Positions 51,462-60,330 of a stretch of DNA of 64,000 nt are shown here, one piece after another. Source of the stretch: a virus. The stretch's first letter is position 1. Every line of letters begins with the position of its first letter. The stretch spans positions 6,686-70,685 of IMG/VR virus record IMGVR_UViG_3300027111_000206; one strand, given 5' to 3'. The position numbers and the translations under genes were made by a program. The notes beneath the pieces were generated by a model. The model made no database searches. It was not told where the DNA came from and worked only from the letters and a program-made list of their open reading frames with translations.

Positions 51462-51539
51462 GGTGGCAGCTGTACGCAGGTTAGTCGACCGGGGATCCAA
51501 GGAACCGGCGCGCCCGAGGGCGCCCTGCGCACAGCCACC
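51462..51539 (-). ncRNA. C4-type antisense RNA
   Basis: 78-nt GGTGG...CCACC cloverleaf; its single-stranded segments are complementary to paired target boxes upstream and downstream. Confidence 0.8.
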
Positions 51540-51777
51540 ATCAAGTACAGGGATGGGATACCTGACTAATGGAGCAGTGAGCACCTTGGAGTACCGAGCG
51601 ACTAAACCCGATCACTGATGGGCAGTGACGAGAACTAAAGTACCGATGGGATCCAAGGTGGACGAGCCGGCGGATTCTGGCGTAGTTGTAGGCCGAGGCG
51701 CAAGGCGATGTAGCCTGGTGCCGCGCATTTGAAGGACGGGGGCGGAGCCTTTTCCTAAGGGTATGTAGGGCGATTCC

Positions 51778-51867
51778 GTAGCGAGGGAGCTTGCTCCCGC
51801 TTGAGTGCGAAGCGCTCCCAAAAGGGGGGCTGCTTCGCAACCCAGCGGGAGCAAGCTCCCTCGCCAC
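51778..51867. repeat. REP doublet (REPIN-like)
   Basis: GTAGCGAGGGAGCTTGCTCCCGCT ... AGCGGGAGCAAGCTCCCTCGCCAC inverted pair. Confidence 0.88.
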
Positions 51868-51941
51868 AATGAATGCAAAGGCTGCATATTTATGCGAAAC
51901 AGCATTTGTTTTCTGCAAAAAGAACAAGCACTATGCGCGTT

Positions 51942-52676
51942 ATGCAAAAACGCAACGTTTCGACCGTATTAAGAGCACTGCTCGACCAGCACGGGATCTC
52001 CCCCACGGAGCTTCACCGGCGTACTGGCGTGCCCCAGTCCACCCTCTCGCGGATCCTCAGCGGCAAGATCGTCGATCCTTCGGATAAACACATCTCGAAG
52101 ATCGCCGAGTACTTCTCCGTGAGCACCGACCAGTTGCGCGGGCGCGCGGATGTGGCCGCTGCCGGCGGCAGTCGTCGCGACGAGTCCCATGCCGAGCTCA
52201 AGGACATAAGCCTGTGGGACGACGAGACCCCCGTCGAGGAAGACGAGGTGTCGGTCCCTTTTCTGCGTGAGGTTGAATTGGCTGCTGGATCAGGAAGATT
52301 CGTCATCGAAGAGAGCGAGCGCTCAAGCCTGCGCTTCGGCAAGCGCAGCCTGCGCCATAACGGCGTGCAGTTCGACCAGGCCAAATGCGTGACGGTACGC
52401 GGCAACAGCATGTTGCCGGTGCTGCGCGACGGCGCCACGGTCGGGGTGAATGTGGCTCGGTGCAGCATCGGCGACATCGTCGACGGCGACCTCTACGCCA
52501 TCAATCACAATGGCCAACTGCGGGTCAAACAGCTTTATCGACTGCCCACCGGTATCCGCTTGCGCAGCTTCAATCGCGATGAACATCCGGATGAGGACTA
52601 CAGCTTCCAGGACATGCAGGAAGAGCAGATCGTCATCCTTGGCCATGTCTTCTGGTGGGGCATGTACGCCCGCTAA
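51942..52676 (+). CDS. prtR: PrtR-like repressor (HTH + S24 peptidase)
   Basis: ISPTELHRRTGVPQSTLSRIL HTH; ELAAGSG; GNSMLP; RVKQL. Confidence 0.88.
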   Translation: MQKRNVSTVLRALLDQHGISPTELHRRTGVPQSTLSRILSGKIVDPSDKHISKIAEYFSVSTDQLRGRADVAAAGGSRRDESHAELKDISLWDDETPVEEDEVSVPFLREVELAAGSGRFVIEESERSSLRFGKRSLRHNGVQFDQAKCVTVRGNSMLPVLRDGATVGVNVARCSIGDIVDGDLYAINHNGQLRVKQLYRLPTGIRLRSFNRDEHPDEDYSFQDMQEEQIVILGHVFWWGMYAR

Positions 52677-52770
52677 CCCTTTCCCTGTCAGATAAAACCC
52701 GCCGTTGTGCGGGTTTTTTTTCGCTCCCGAAAACCCTCTGAGCCCTGCATTCGCTGGCCTTTGATGCGCT

Positions 52771-52836
52771 GATGCATTTCTAGCGCATAAATGAATGCAT
52801 TTGTGCATTGACTATATATGCATACATGCATAACCT
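52771..52836 (+). promoter_or_regulatory. Tailocin promoter with ATGCAT-type operator repeats
   Basis: TTGACT-17-TAACCT (52808-36); AATGCATTTGTGCATT and ATGCATACATGCAT palindromes. Confidence 0.72.
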
Positions 52837-52872
52837 GTGTCCAAGCCGCTCGACAAAGCGGCTGGCGATAAC

Positions 52873-52881
52873 CGCTCTTTA
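52873..52881 (+). promoter_or_regulatory. boxA-like element in the tailocin leader
   Basis: CGCTCTTTA ~35 nt after the -10. Confidence 0.6.
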
Positions 52882-53144
52882 GTTTCACCAAACAGGCAGC
52901 GATGAACCGGCCTCAACGGTTCAGAGGGTTGGCAACTGGCCCGGGTGTGCAGCGTAAAGCACCAGAAGCAGTTATCCGGCGGGCAGGGGCCGCGGTCGGA
53001 GGAACAATTTGAATGGATCCGTACCGCGCCAGTCGCGCCGAAAGATCAAGCGCATTACTGAAAAGCCTGGGCAACCGGGCTTTTTGGAATGCCTGCGCCG
53101 TGAGGCGCGTTCAACACATCACCGCCGCCAATGGAGGGCTTTCC

Positions 53145-53333
53145 ATGCTGAAGGATTTCAGGTGCGGTCACTGCAAGCGACTTCTGGCCCGTGTGGGCGA
53201 GAACACCGAACTCCAGATCAAATGTTCCCGATGCGGGACGTTGAATCATGTGAAGGCCGTGAGCCTCGAGTCATCGCCTTTGAGCGACATGAATGCGCAA
53301 TGCTGCGCGCAAAAACATCGACTCTTTGGGTGA
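53145..53333 (+). CDS. com: Mu Com-like zinc-finger regulator
   Basis: FRCGHCKRLLAR...IKCSRCGTLNHV. Confidence 0.85.
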   Translation: MLKDFRCGHCKRLLARVGENTELQIKCSRCGTLNHVKAVSLESSPLSDMNAQCCAQKHRLFG

Positions 53334-53337
53334 AAGC

Positions 53338-53919
53338 ATGAAAAAAATCAAACGTCTTATCGGTTCGCTCGTCTTGTCCACCGTGCTGTTGGCGGCGAGC
53401 GGTGCCGCCTTCGCGGCCAACCTGGTCGTGAACGGCAGTTTTGAAACCCCTGGTTGTGGCAATGACTGCGTACTCAATACCCCGGCCCAAGCCGACTTCG
53501 TGAACGGTTGGACCACGTTCCTGTCGGGCGTGGAATACATCAATGTCAGGGCTGCCATCGGCAGTTCGGTCGCCGCTGAAGGGGCTATGAGCGTTGACCT
53601 CGCCAACTACACCTATCAAAACGGCGGTGGTATCCAGCAAAACATCGACACGGTGGCAGGTGCACGATATCGCCTGACGTTCAGTGCCGGCAGTTCCAAG
53701 TACGTGGGTCGCACGGGGACCGGCATCATCAACGTCAAGGTGGCCGGCCAGACCACCCGTTTCGACACCCCTGTCGCCACCAGTGATGCGACCGTATGGG
53801 AAACCCGAACCTACGAGTTCACCGCGGTGAGCGCTCAAACCACATTGAGCTTCTGGAATGAGCAGGATCCGAATGCTCATTTCGCCTTTATCGACAACGT
53901 CATTGTCGAGCGGCTGTAA
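53338..53919 (+). CDS. Secreted DUF642-like carbohydrate-binding protein
   Basis: Sec signal ending AAFA; NLVVNGSFE; SVDL; YRLTFSAG; FIDNVIV. Confidence 0.75.
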   Translation: MKKIKRLIGSLVLSTVLLAASGAAFAANLVVNGSFETPGCGNDCVLNTPAQADFVNGWTTFLSGVEYINVRAAIGSSVAAEGAMSVDLANYTYQNGGGIQQNIDTVAGARYRLTFSAGSSKYVGRTGTGIINVKVAGQTTRFDTPVATSDATVWETRTYEFTAVSAQTTLSFWNEQDPNAHFAFIDNVIVERL

Positions 53920-53976
53920 AACACCGTCCGCGCCGCAATTGCCCACCCCATCAACCATCACCCCCCGGAGGCGTGA

Positions 53977-54327
53977 ATGACAAACGAGCAACAAGCGTTG
54001 CTGGACATGCCGATCTGGCTGGTCATCGTGCTCGCTCTGGTGGGCGGGGTGTCCGGCGAGATGTGGCGTGCCGACAAGGAGGGGGCCCGCGGCTGGTCGT
54101 TGCTGCGCCGCGTGGTCCTGCGCTCCGGCGCCTGCGTGGTGTGCGGCGTCTCGGCGACGATGCTGCTGTATGCCCTGGGCATGTCGATCTGGAGTGCCTG
54201 CGCCTTCGGCTGCCTGACCGCCATGGCCGGGGCCGATGTGGCCATCGGTCTTTATGAGCGTTGGGTAGCCAAGCGCATTGGGGTAGCGGGGCCTGCCGAC
54301 CGCGACTCTCATCCCGATCAGCCGTAG
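53977..54327 (+). CDS. Tailocin holin
   Basis: LVGGVSGEMWRADK; 2-3 TM segments. Confidence 0.85.
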   Translation: MTNEQQALLDMPIWLVIVLALVGGVSGEMWRADKEGARGWSLLRRVVLRSGACVVCGVSATMLLYALGMSIWSACAFGCLTAMAGADVAIGLYERWVAKRIGVAGPADRDSHPDQP

Positions 54328-54430
54328 ACACAAAACACCTCCAACCTCTGCTCCAACTGCCCCACCGCTCGCGCAAGCAAGCCCTTCCACCGCGTTCTGA
54401 CTTTACTTGCCTATCACTGGAGCACTCTCC

Positions 54431-55015
54431 ATGAAGATCACGCCGATCCTCACGCAGTTGCGTGAGCAATGCCCGACGCTTGCCAATCGAGTGTTCGCGG
54501 CCCTGGACCTCGCCGCGCTGCAAACGGGCGCCGCCGTGCCGGTCCCTTGCGCTTATGTGCTGCCGACCACGGATGTGGCCAGCCCGAACACCGCGCAGAA
54601 CGTCACGCTGCAAACGGTGCGTGATGGTTTCGATGTTGTGCTGGTGCTCGAGGCCAGTGACGTGGCGACCGCATTGGATGGGCAGCACGACCTGCGTGCC
54701 GAGTTGTGGCGTGCGCTGGTGGGGTTCAAGCCCGGCGCCGATTACACCGGCATCGAATACGACGGCAGCGAACCGATTTCCCCCATTGGCGGCCACGCGT
54801 TGTTCCGGCTGCGCTTTTTCGCGCAGTTCCAGCTGGGCCGCAACCTGACGAGCCAGCTTGCCGAAAGCTGGCACGAACGTGAACTGGACGGCTTGTCGTC
54901 CTTTACCGGGGCCACCGTGCGGGTCGATGCCATCGACCCGGCGGACCCCAACCTCAAACGTCCCGGCCCCGACGGGCGCCTGGAACTGACTTTCTCTGGA
55001 GACGTAACCCCATGA
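54431..55015 (+). CDS. Tail terminator-like protein (Mu gp37-like)
   Basis: MKITPILTQLREQCP; first structural gene of the cluster. Confidence 0.7.
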   Translation: MKITPILTQLREQCPTLANRVFAALDLAALQTGAAVPVPCAYVLPTTDVASPNTAQNVTLQTVRDGFDVVLVLEASDVATALDGQHDLRAELWRALVGFKPGADYTGIEYDGSEPISPIGGHALFRLRFFAQFQLGRNLTSQLAESWHERELDGLSSFTGATVRVDAIDPADPNLKRPGPDGRLELTFSGDVTP

Positions 55016-55194
55016 GCAAACGCATCACCGTGCTGCCGGCCCCGGGCCGTGCCGTACCGGACCCGGAAGCGGACGATCTGTTGCCCCTCGAGGGCCGTGA
55101 AGTGCCGGACAACGCCTGGTGGCGTCGACGTCTGGCCGATGGCGATATCACTACCAAAGCCGTGAAAGCGGCCAAACCACAGGGAGCCAAATAA
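55012..55194 (+). CDS. DUF2635-like small tail protein
   Basis: PGRAVPDPE...LP.EGREV..NAWWRRRLADGDI. Confidence 0.82.
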   Translation: MSKRITVLPAPGRAVPDPEADDLLPLEGREVPDNAWWRRRLADGDITTKAVKAAKPQGAK

Positions 55195-56690
55195 TGGCGA
55201 TCGGATTCAGCAACATCCCCGCGGACATTCGTGTTCCGCTGTTCTACGCCGAGATGGACAACTCGGCCGCCAATAGCGCGTCGTCGTCCATGCGCCGATT
55301 GATCGTCGCCCAGGTCAACGACAACGTTGCCCCGGAGCAAGTCGGCAAGCTGGTGCTGGTCTCCAGCGTTGCCCTGGCCAAAAGCATCGGCGGGCAGGGC
55401 TCGATGCTCGCCTCGATGTACGAGACCTGGCGCAAGACCGACCCGCTCGGCGAAATCTGGTGCCTGCCGCTGCACAACGTCGAAGGCGCCATCGCCAAGG
55501 GCGTGCTGACCCTCACCGGCACCGCGACGCAAAGCGGTGTGCTCAACCTGTACGTGGGTGGCGTACGCGTCCAGGCGGCCATCGCCAACGGTGCCACCGC
55601 CGCCCAGGCTGCGACGGCGCTGGCCTTGAAAGTCAACGCGACGGCCGACCTGCCGGTGAGCGCTGCGGCCGTCGACGGTGTCGTGACCCTCAACGCCAAA
55701 TGGACCGGCGACGGCGGCAACGATATCAGCCTGCAATTCAATCGCCTGGGCAAGAGCAATGGCGAAGATACCCCTGCGGGCCTGACCACTGCCGTCACCG
55801 CCATGACCGGCGGCGCTGGTGTGCCGGACCAGACCGCCGCCGTCGCGGCCCTGGGCGACGAGCCGTTCGAGTTCATCGCCATGCCGTGGTCCGATCTGTC
55901 GAGCCTGAATACCTGGCAAGCGGTCATGGACGACAGCACCGGTCGCTGGTCCTGGGCCAAGCAGTTGTTCGGCCATGTCTACAGCGCCAAGCGCGGGACC
56001 ATCGGCACGCTCGTCGCCGCCGGCCAGGCGCGCAACGACCAGCACATGACCATCCAGGCCCTCGAGCCGGGCGTGCCGCAACCGTCGTGGGTCCAGGCCG
56101 CCGCGCTGGCCGCCCGTACCGCTGTGTTCATCTCGGCTGACGCCAGCCGTCCGACCCAGAGCGGCAGCTTGCCCGGCCTGGACCCGGCGCCGGCCAGCGA
56201 GCGTTTCACCCTGACCGAGCGCCAGTCGCTGCTCAACTACGGCATCGCGACGGCCTACTACGAAGGCGGCTACGTGCGCATCCAGCGCTCCATCACCACG
56301 TATCAGAAAAATGCCTTCGGCCAGGCTGACAATTCCTACCTGGACAGCGAAACCCTGCACCAGTCGGCCTTCATCGTGCGCCGTCTGCAAAGCGTGATCA
56401 CCAGCAAGTATGGTCGCCACAAACTGGCCTCCGATGGCACGCGTTTCGGCGCCGGCCAGCCCATCGTGACCCCGAGCACGATTCGCGGCGAGCTGATCGC
56501 CCAGTACGCCAAGCTCGAACTGGAAGGCCATGTGGAGAACGCCGAGCTGTTCGCCGAGCACCTGATCGTCGAGCGCGACAGCCAGGATCCGAGCCGGGTC
56601 AATGTGCTGTTCCCGCCGGACTACATCAACGGCCTGCGGGTGTTCGCGCTGCTCAACCAGTTCCGTCTGCAGTACGACGCCGCCGCTTGA
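55194..56690 (+). CDS. Contractile tail sheath (Mu gpL-like)
   Basis: IPADIRVPLFYAEMDNS; RSITTYQKNAFG; PPDYINGLRVFA. Confidence 0.93.
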   Translation: MAIGFSNIPADIRVPLFYAEMDNSAANSASSSMRRLIVAQVNDNVAPEQVGKLVLVSSVALAKSIGGQGSMLASMYETWRKTDPLGEIWCLPLHNVEGAIAKGVLTLTGTATQSGVLNLYVGGVRVQAAIANGATAAQAATALALKVNATADLPVSAAAVDGVVTLNAKWTGDGGNDISLQFNRLGKSNGEDTPAGLTTAVTAMTGGAGVPDQTAAVAALGDEPFEFIAMPWSDLSSLNTWQAVMDDSTGRWSWAKQLFGHVYSAKRGTIGTLVAAGQARNDQHMTIQALEPGVPQPSWVQAAALAARTAVFISADASRPTQSGSLPGLDPAPASERFTLTERQSLLNYGIATAYYEGGYVRIQRSITTYQKNAFGQADNSYLDSETLHQSAFIVRRLQSVITSKYGRHKLASDGTRFGAGQPIVTPSTIRGELIAQYAKLELEGHVENAELFAEHLIVERDSQDPSRVNVLFPPDYINGLRVFALLNQFRLQYDAAA

Positions 56691-56756
56691 GTGTCGGGTT
56701 TGATTGGATGATTCCAGCCCACCGCGCGTGGGCTTTTTATTTGAAGGAGAAACACC

Positions 56757-57104
56757 ATGGGTCAACTGATTGCGGGTACCTGCTACGTCAAAGTGGACGG
56801 TGCTCAACTGACCATCAACGGAGGCTGCGAAGCGCCACTGATGTTCACCAAACGCGAAACCGTCGTGCCGGGTTTCTACAAGGAAACCGACATTGCCCCG
56901 TCCTTCAAGGTGACGGCGCTGCACACCGCGGATTTCCCGCTCAAGCAACTGGTGGCCGGCACCGACATGACCGTCACCTGCGAGTTCAACAACGGCAAGG
57001 TCTACGTGCTGGCCGGCGCCTACCTGGTGGAAGAGCCGGTGTCCAAGGGTGACGACGCCACCCTCGAGCTGAAATTCGAAGGCATCAAGGGGACCTGGCA
57101 ATGA
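56757..57104 (+). CDS. Tail tube protein
   Basis: IAGTCYVKVDG; after sheath. Confidence 0.88.
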   Translation: MGQLIAGTCYVKVDGAQLTINGGCEAPLMFTKRETVVPGFYKETDIAPSFKVTALHTADFPLKQLVAGTDMTVTCEFNNGKVYVLAGAYLVEEPVSKGDDATLELKFEGIKGTWQ

Positions 57105-57397
57105 CCGATGTCGTGACGTTGCACGTGGCCATCGAGGCCCACGGCGAACCGTTGAACGAACTGACCTTGCGCCGTCCGACGGTGCAGGAGGTCCGGGCGA
57201 TCAAGGCGCTGCCGTACAAGATCGACAAGAGCGAGGAGGTGAGCCTGGACATGGATGTCGCGGCCAAATACATCGCAGTCTGCGCCGGTATCCCGCCGTC
57301 GTCGGTCAACCAGTTGGACCTGGCCGACCTCAACGCACTGAGCTGGGCCGTCGCGAGTTTTTTCATGAGTGCGGCGTCGCAGCCATCGGCGACCTGA
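57101..57397 (+). CDS. Tail assembly chaperone (gpE-like)
   Basis: LTLRRPTV.EVRAI; ends with a T TTT TTC slippery site. Confidence 0.85.
   Translation: MTDVVTLHVAIEAHGEPLNELTLRRPTVQEVRAIKALPYKIDKSEEVSLDMDVAAKYIAVCAGIPPSSVNQLDLADLNALSWAVASFFMSAASQPSAT
57358..57364 (+). other. -1 frameshift site T TTT TTC (E/E' extension ending at TGA 57526-28)
   Basis: -1 frame reads ...HECGVAAIGDLIAAAYDLAWFWKVDPEQMMARPLDVLRESLEHAQRINAMQQVQ*. Confidence 0.8.
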
Positions 57398-57527
57398 TCG
57401 CCGCCGCCTATGACCTGGCCTGGTTCTGGAAGGTTGACCCCGAACAGATGATGGCCAGGCCACTGGATGTGCTCCGTGAGTCGTTGGAGCACGCGCAACG
57501 GATCAATGCGATGCAGCAGGTGCAGTG

Positions 57528-59102
57528 ATGGCAGACACACAAAAGGTAGAGAAAAAAGCGTTGCTGCTGACCGGCATCGACGAGCTGTCGCCCAAGCTGG
57601 CCAGCCTGCGGGCGAAGGTCCAGGGCTTCAAGCAGAACCTCGATGCCACCGGCCTCGGCAGCCTGGATATTTCCGGTCTGCTGCCGGATGGCGGGATCGC
57701 CAAGCCATTCATGGAAGGCCTCCGATCGGCGGCGGCTTTCAAGGGTGAAGTTGCTGAGGTGAACGCGGCGGTCGGCGCCGTCCAGGCGCCCGCCGCGCCT
57801 GGCGTGGCGGCACAGAGCCTGGATGGATTGAAGACTTCCATCAGCAATGTGTCGTTGCAGTTCGGCACGGCGCTGGTGCCGGCGGTCAATGCGATGACGG
57901 TCGGCCTGCAGCCGATGATCAGCGGCGTGACCCAGGTGCTGCAGGACAACCCGCAACTGGTACAAGGCCTGGCGGCGGGCGCCGTGGCGTTCAGCGCGAT
58001 CCAGACCGCCGTCAACGGGGCGAGCCAGGCTTTCGAGGTGGTCAACCTGGCCTTGAAGATGAACCCCATCGGCCTGATCGCCATGGGGATCGCCTTGGCG
58101 GCCGGGATGATCATCGCCTACTGGGAGCCGATTTCGGCGTTCTTCGCCGGGCTCTGGCAGCGGCTCGCGCCCATCGTCGTGCCGATGGCCGAGTTCTTCA
58201 AGACGATGTTCGCCTTCACCCCACTAGGGCAGGTGATCAGCAACTGGGGGCCGATCAGCAGTTTCTTTGGCGCGCTGTGGAATGTGCTGGTGGCGGCGGC
58301 GACGCCGGTCATCGGTTTCATGCAGGCGCTGTTCGCCTGGTCGCCCCTGGGCTTGATCGTCAACAACTGGGGGCCGCTGACCGGATTGTTCTCGGCCATC
58401 TGGGATCTGCTCAGGGCCTTGACGGTACCGGTGATGGACGCGCTCCAAGGGCTGTTCAACTGGACGCCGTTGGGCCTGATCATGGCCAACTGGGGCACCC
58501 TCGTGGACGTCTTCGCCGGGATCTGGGAAGGCCTGCGCAGCCAGGTGTCGATGATGCTGACGGTGTTCGGCGGGCTGTTCGACTGGTCGCCCATCGAGGG
58601 CCTCATGAAACAGTGGGGGCCGGTGGGGGAGTGGTTCAGCCAGTGGTGGGACCAGCTGCAGGGCGTGCTCGCGCCGATCAAAGCGTTTTTCAACACAGGT
58701 TTTGGCGAAGTCATCACCACGTTCACCGGTAAGGTTCAAGGGCTGACCGAAGCGCAACGCAAGACCAATGCCGAGGGCAAGGGCGAGCTGGCGCCGGCGT
58801 TTTTTGGTGGCGCCCGTGAACCGGCCCCGGGGCTGTCCTCCAGCCTGGCACCGGTGCCTGGCAACCTCCCGGCGAACGCCTCGCTGACGCCCGGCGCACT
58901 GGGGCAAACCTCCAGTGCGTTGGTGCAACAAAGCGCGGCGAACAACCGCACGCAACTCGAAGGCGGCTTGACCGTGCGCTTCGAAAACGCGCCGGCCGGG
59001 TTGCGCGCCGAGCCACCGCAAACCAATCAACCCGGCCTGGCGGTGAGCTCGCGCATCGGTTACCGCTCACTTTCCACAGGAGGCTCCAATGAGCTGGCGT
59101 GA
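57528..59102 (+). CDS. Tailocin tape measure protein
   Basis: Ala-rich with W(S/T)PLGLI..NWG repeats. Confidence 0.85.
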   Translation: MADTQKVEKKALLLTGIDELSPKLASLRAKVQGFKQNLDATGLGSLDISGLLPDGGIAKPFMEGLRSAAAFKGEVAEVNAAVGAVQAPAAPGVAAQSLDGLKTSISNVSLQFGTALVPAVNAMTVGLQPMISGVTQVLQDNPQLVQGLAAGAVAFSAIQTAVNGASQAFEVVNLALKMNPIGLIAMGIALAAGMIIAYWEPISAFFAGLWQRLAPIVVPMAEFFKTMFAFTPLGQVISNWGPISSFFGALWNVLVAAATPVIGFMQALFAWSPLGLIVNNWGPLTGLFSAIWDLLRALTVPVMDALQGLFNWTPLGLIMANWGTLVDVFAGIWEGLRSQVSMMLTVFGGLFDWSPIEGLMKQWGPVGEWFSQWWDQLQGVLAPIKAFFNTGFGEVITTFTGKVQGLTEAQRKTNAEGKGELAPAFFGGAREPAPGLSSSLAPVPGNLPANASLTPGALGQTSSALVQQSAANNRTQLEGGLTVRFENAPAGLRAEPPQTNQPGLAVSSRIGYRSLSTGGSNELA

Positions 59103-60327
59103 CCGTTTGTTGCCGGCGTCGTTTCGCGGCGTCGGATTCTGGGTCGACCAGGCGAAAACCCCGGTCGGCCACAAGGGCCAGTTGCATGAGTATCCACAGC
59201 GCGACCAGCCGTTTTTCGAAGGGCTGGGCCAGCAGGCGAAGATTCATGAGCTGACGGCGTTCATTGTCGGCGCCGATTGCCTGGAGCAGCGCGACAAGTT
59301 GCTCAAGGCTCTGGAGCAGGGCAGTGGCGAGCTGGTGCATCCGTGGTTGGGACGAATGCAGGTCAAGGTGGGCGAGTGCGACATGACCCAGACCCGCCAG
59401 GACGGAGGGCTGGTGACGTTTGCCTTGAAGTTCTATCCCGACCAGCCGCTGCAATTCCCTTCGGCGGCGATCAACAGCCAGAAACTGTTGCTGGTGTCCG
59501 CCGACAGCTTCCTGGGTTCGGCGGTGCGCCGTTTCGAAGACGCGATGAGCTTGATCAAGGCCGCGCGGATCGGCATCGCCGACCTGCGCAACAGCCTCAA
59601 GGAGGTGTACGGCGTGATCGAACAGGAACTCAAGCCGTTGATCGAGACCTATCGGCAGATCAACGACCTGGTCAAGGCCGTGAAAGCGTTGCCCAAGGAG
59701 GTGGTGGCCGAGTTCAAGGGGTTGTTGGGGGATGTTCGCCAGTTGAAGGATTTTGCCCGTGACGGCTACCGCGGCGTGATTGCCAGCGTGTCGCAACAGG
59801 TAGAAGCCATCCGCCAGGCGGACGCGCCCAAGCTCACCACCGGCAAGGACACCACGGCGGCGGCCCAGGCCCTGGCCGACCTGGTCCAGGACACGCTGCT
59901 GGTGCAGGCCGCGCAATGGATCGCGGCGATGCCCGTGGCGGCGCCGGTGGTCAAGCTGGGGGCCACCCCGTCGGTGGCGCAGCAGGCCGTGCAGCCGATC
60001 CAGCGGCGGGACGTGCCGGTGGCCGATGATGTGCTGGCCCTGCGCGATGCTCTCAACGAAGCGATCTGGCAGGCCTCTCTCAAGGCGGACCCGGAGCATT
60101 ACCAGGCCCTCAACCAGCTGCGTCAGCAAATGGCCGCGCACCTGACGGCAGTGGCGTCGTCGGGCGTACGGCTGATCAATTTGTCGTTCAAGCAAAGCCT
60201 GCCGGCGCTGGTGGTGGCCTATCAGCAATTCGCCGATGCCACCCGGGTCACCGAAGTTATCCAGCGCAACGGCGTGGCCCACCCCGGTTTCCTGCCGCCC
60301 AACGACCTGAAAGTCTCGGGGGAGTAA
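59089..60327 (+). CDS. DNA circularization N-terminal domain tail protein (Mu gpN-like)
   Basis: MSWRDRLLPASFRGVGF; HEYPQRD; LVHPWLG. Confidence 0.88.
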   Translation: MSWRDRLLPASFRGVGFWVDQAKTPVGHKGQLHEYPQRDQPFFEGLGQQAKIHELTAFIVGADCLEQRDKLLKALEQGSGELVHPWLGRMQVKVGECDMTQTRQDGGLVTFALKFYPDQPLQFPSAAINSQKLLLVSADSFLGSAVRRFEDAMSLIKAARIGIADLRNSLKEVYGVIEQELKPLIETYRQINDLVKAVKALPKEVVAEFKGLLGDVRQLKDFARDGYRGVIASVSQQVEAIRQADAPKLTTGKDTTAAAQALADLVQDTLLVQAAQWIAAMPVAAPVVKLGATPSVAQQAVQPIQRRDVPVADDVLALRDALNEAIWQASLKADPEHYQALNQLRQQMAAHLTAVASSGVRLINLSFKQSLPALVVAYQQFADATRVTEVIQRNGVAHPGFLPPNDLKVSGE

Positions 60328-60330
60328 GCC

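Noticed and set aside
54954-57101. Long antisense ORFs (e.g. 715 aa here, 660 aa at 58723-60705, 499 aa at 42237-43736)
   Set aside because: Shadow ORFs opposite well-supported genes, expected from high GC3 codon bias; no recognisable motifs.
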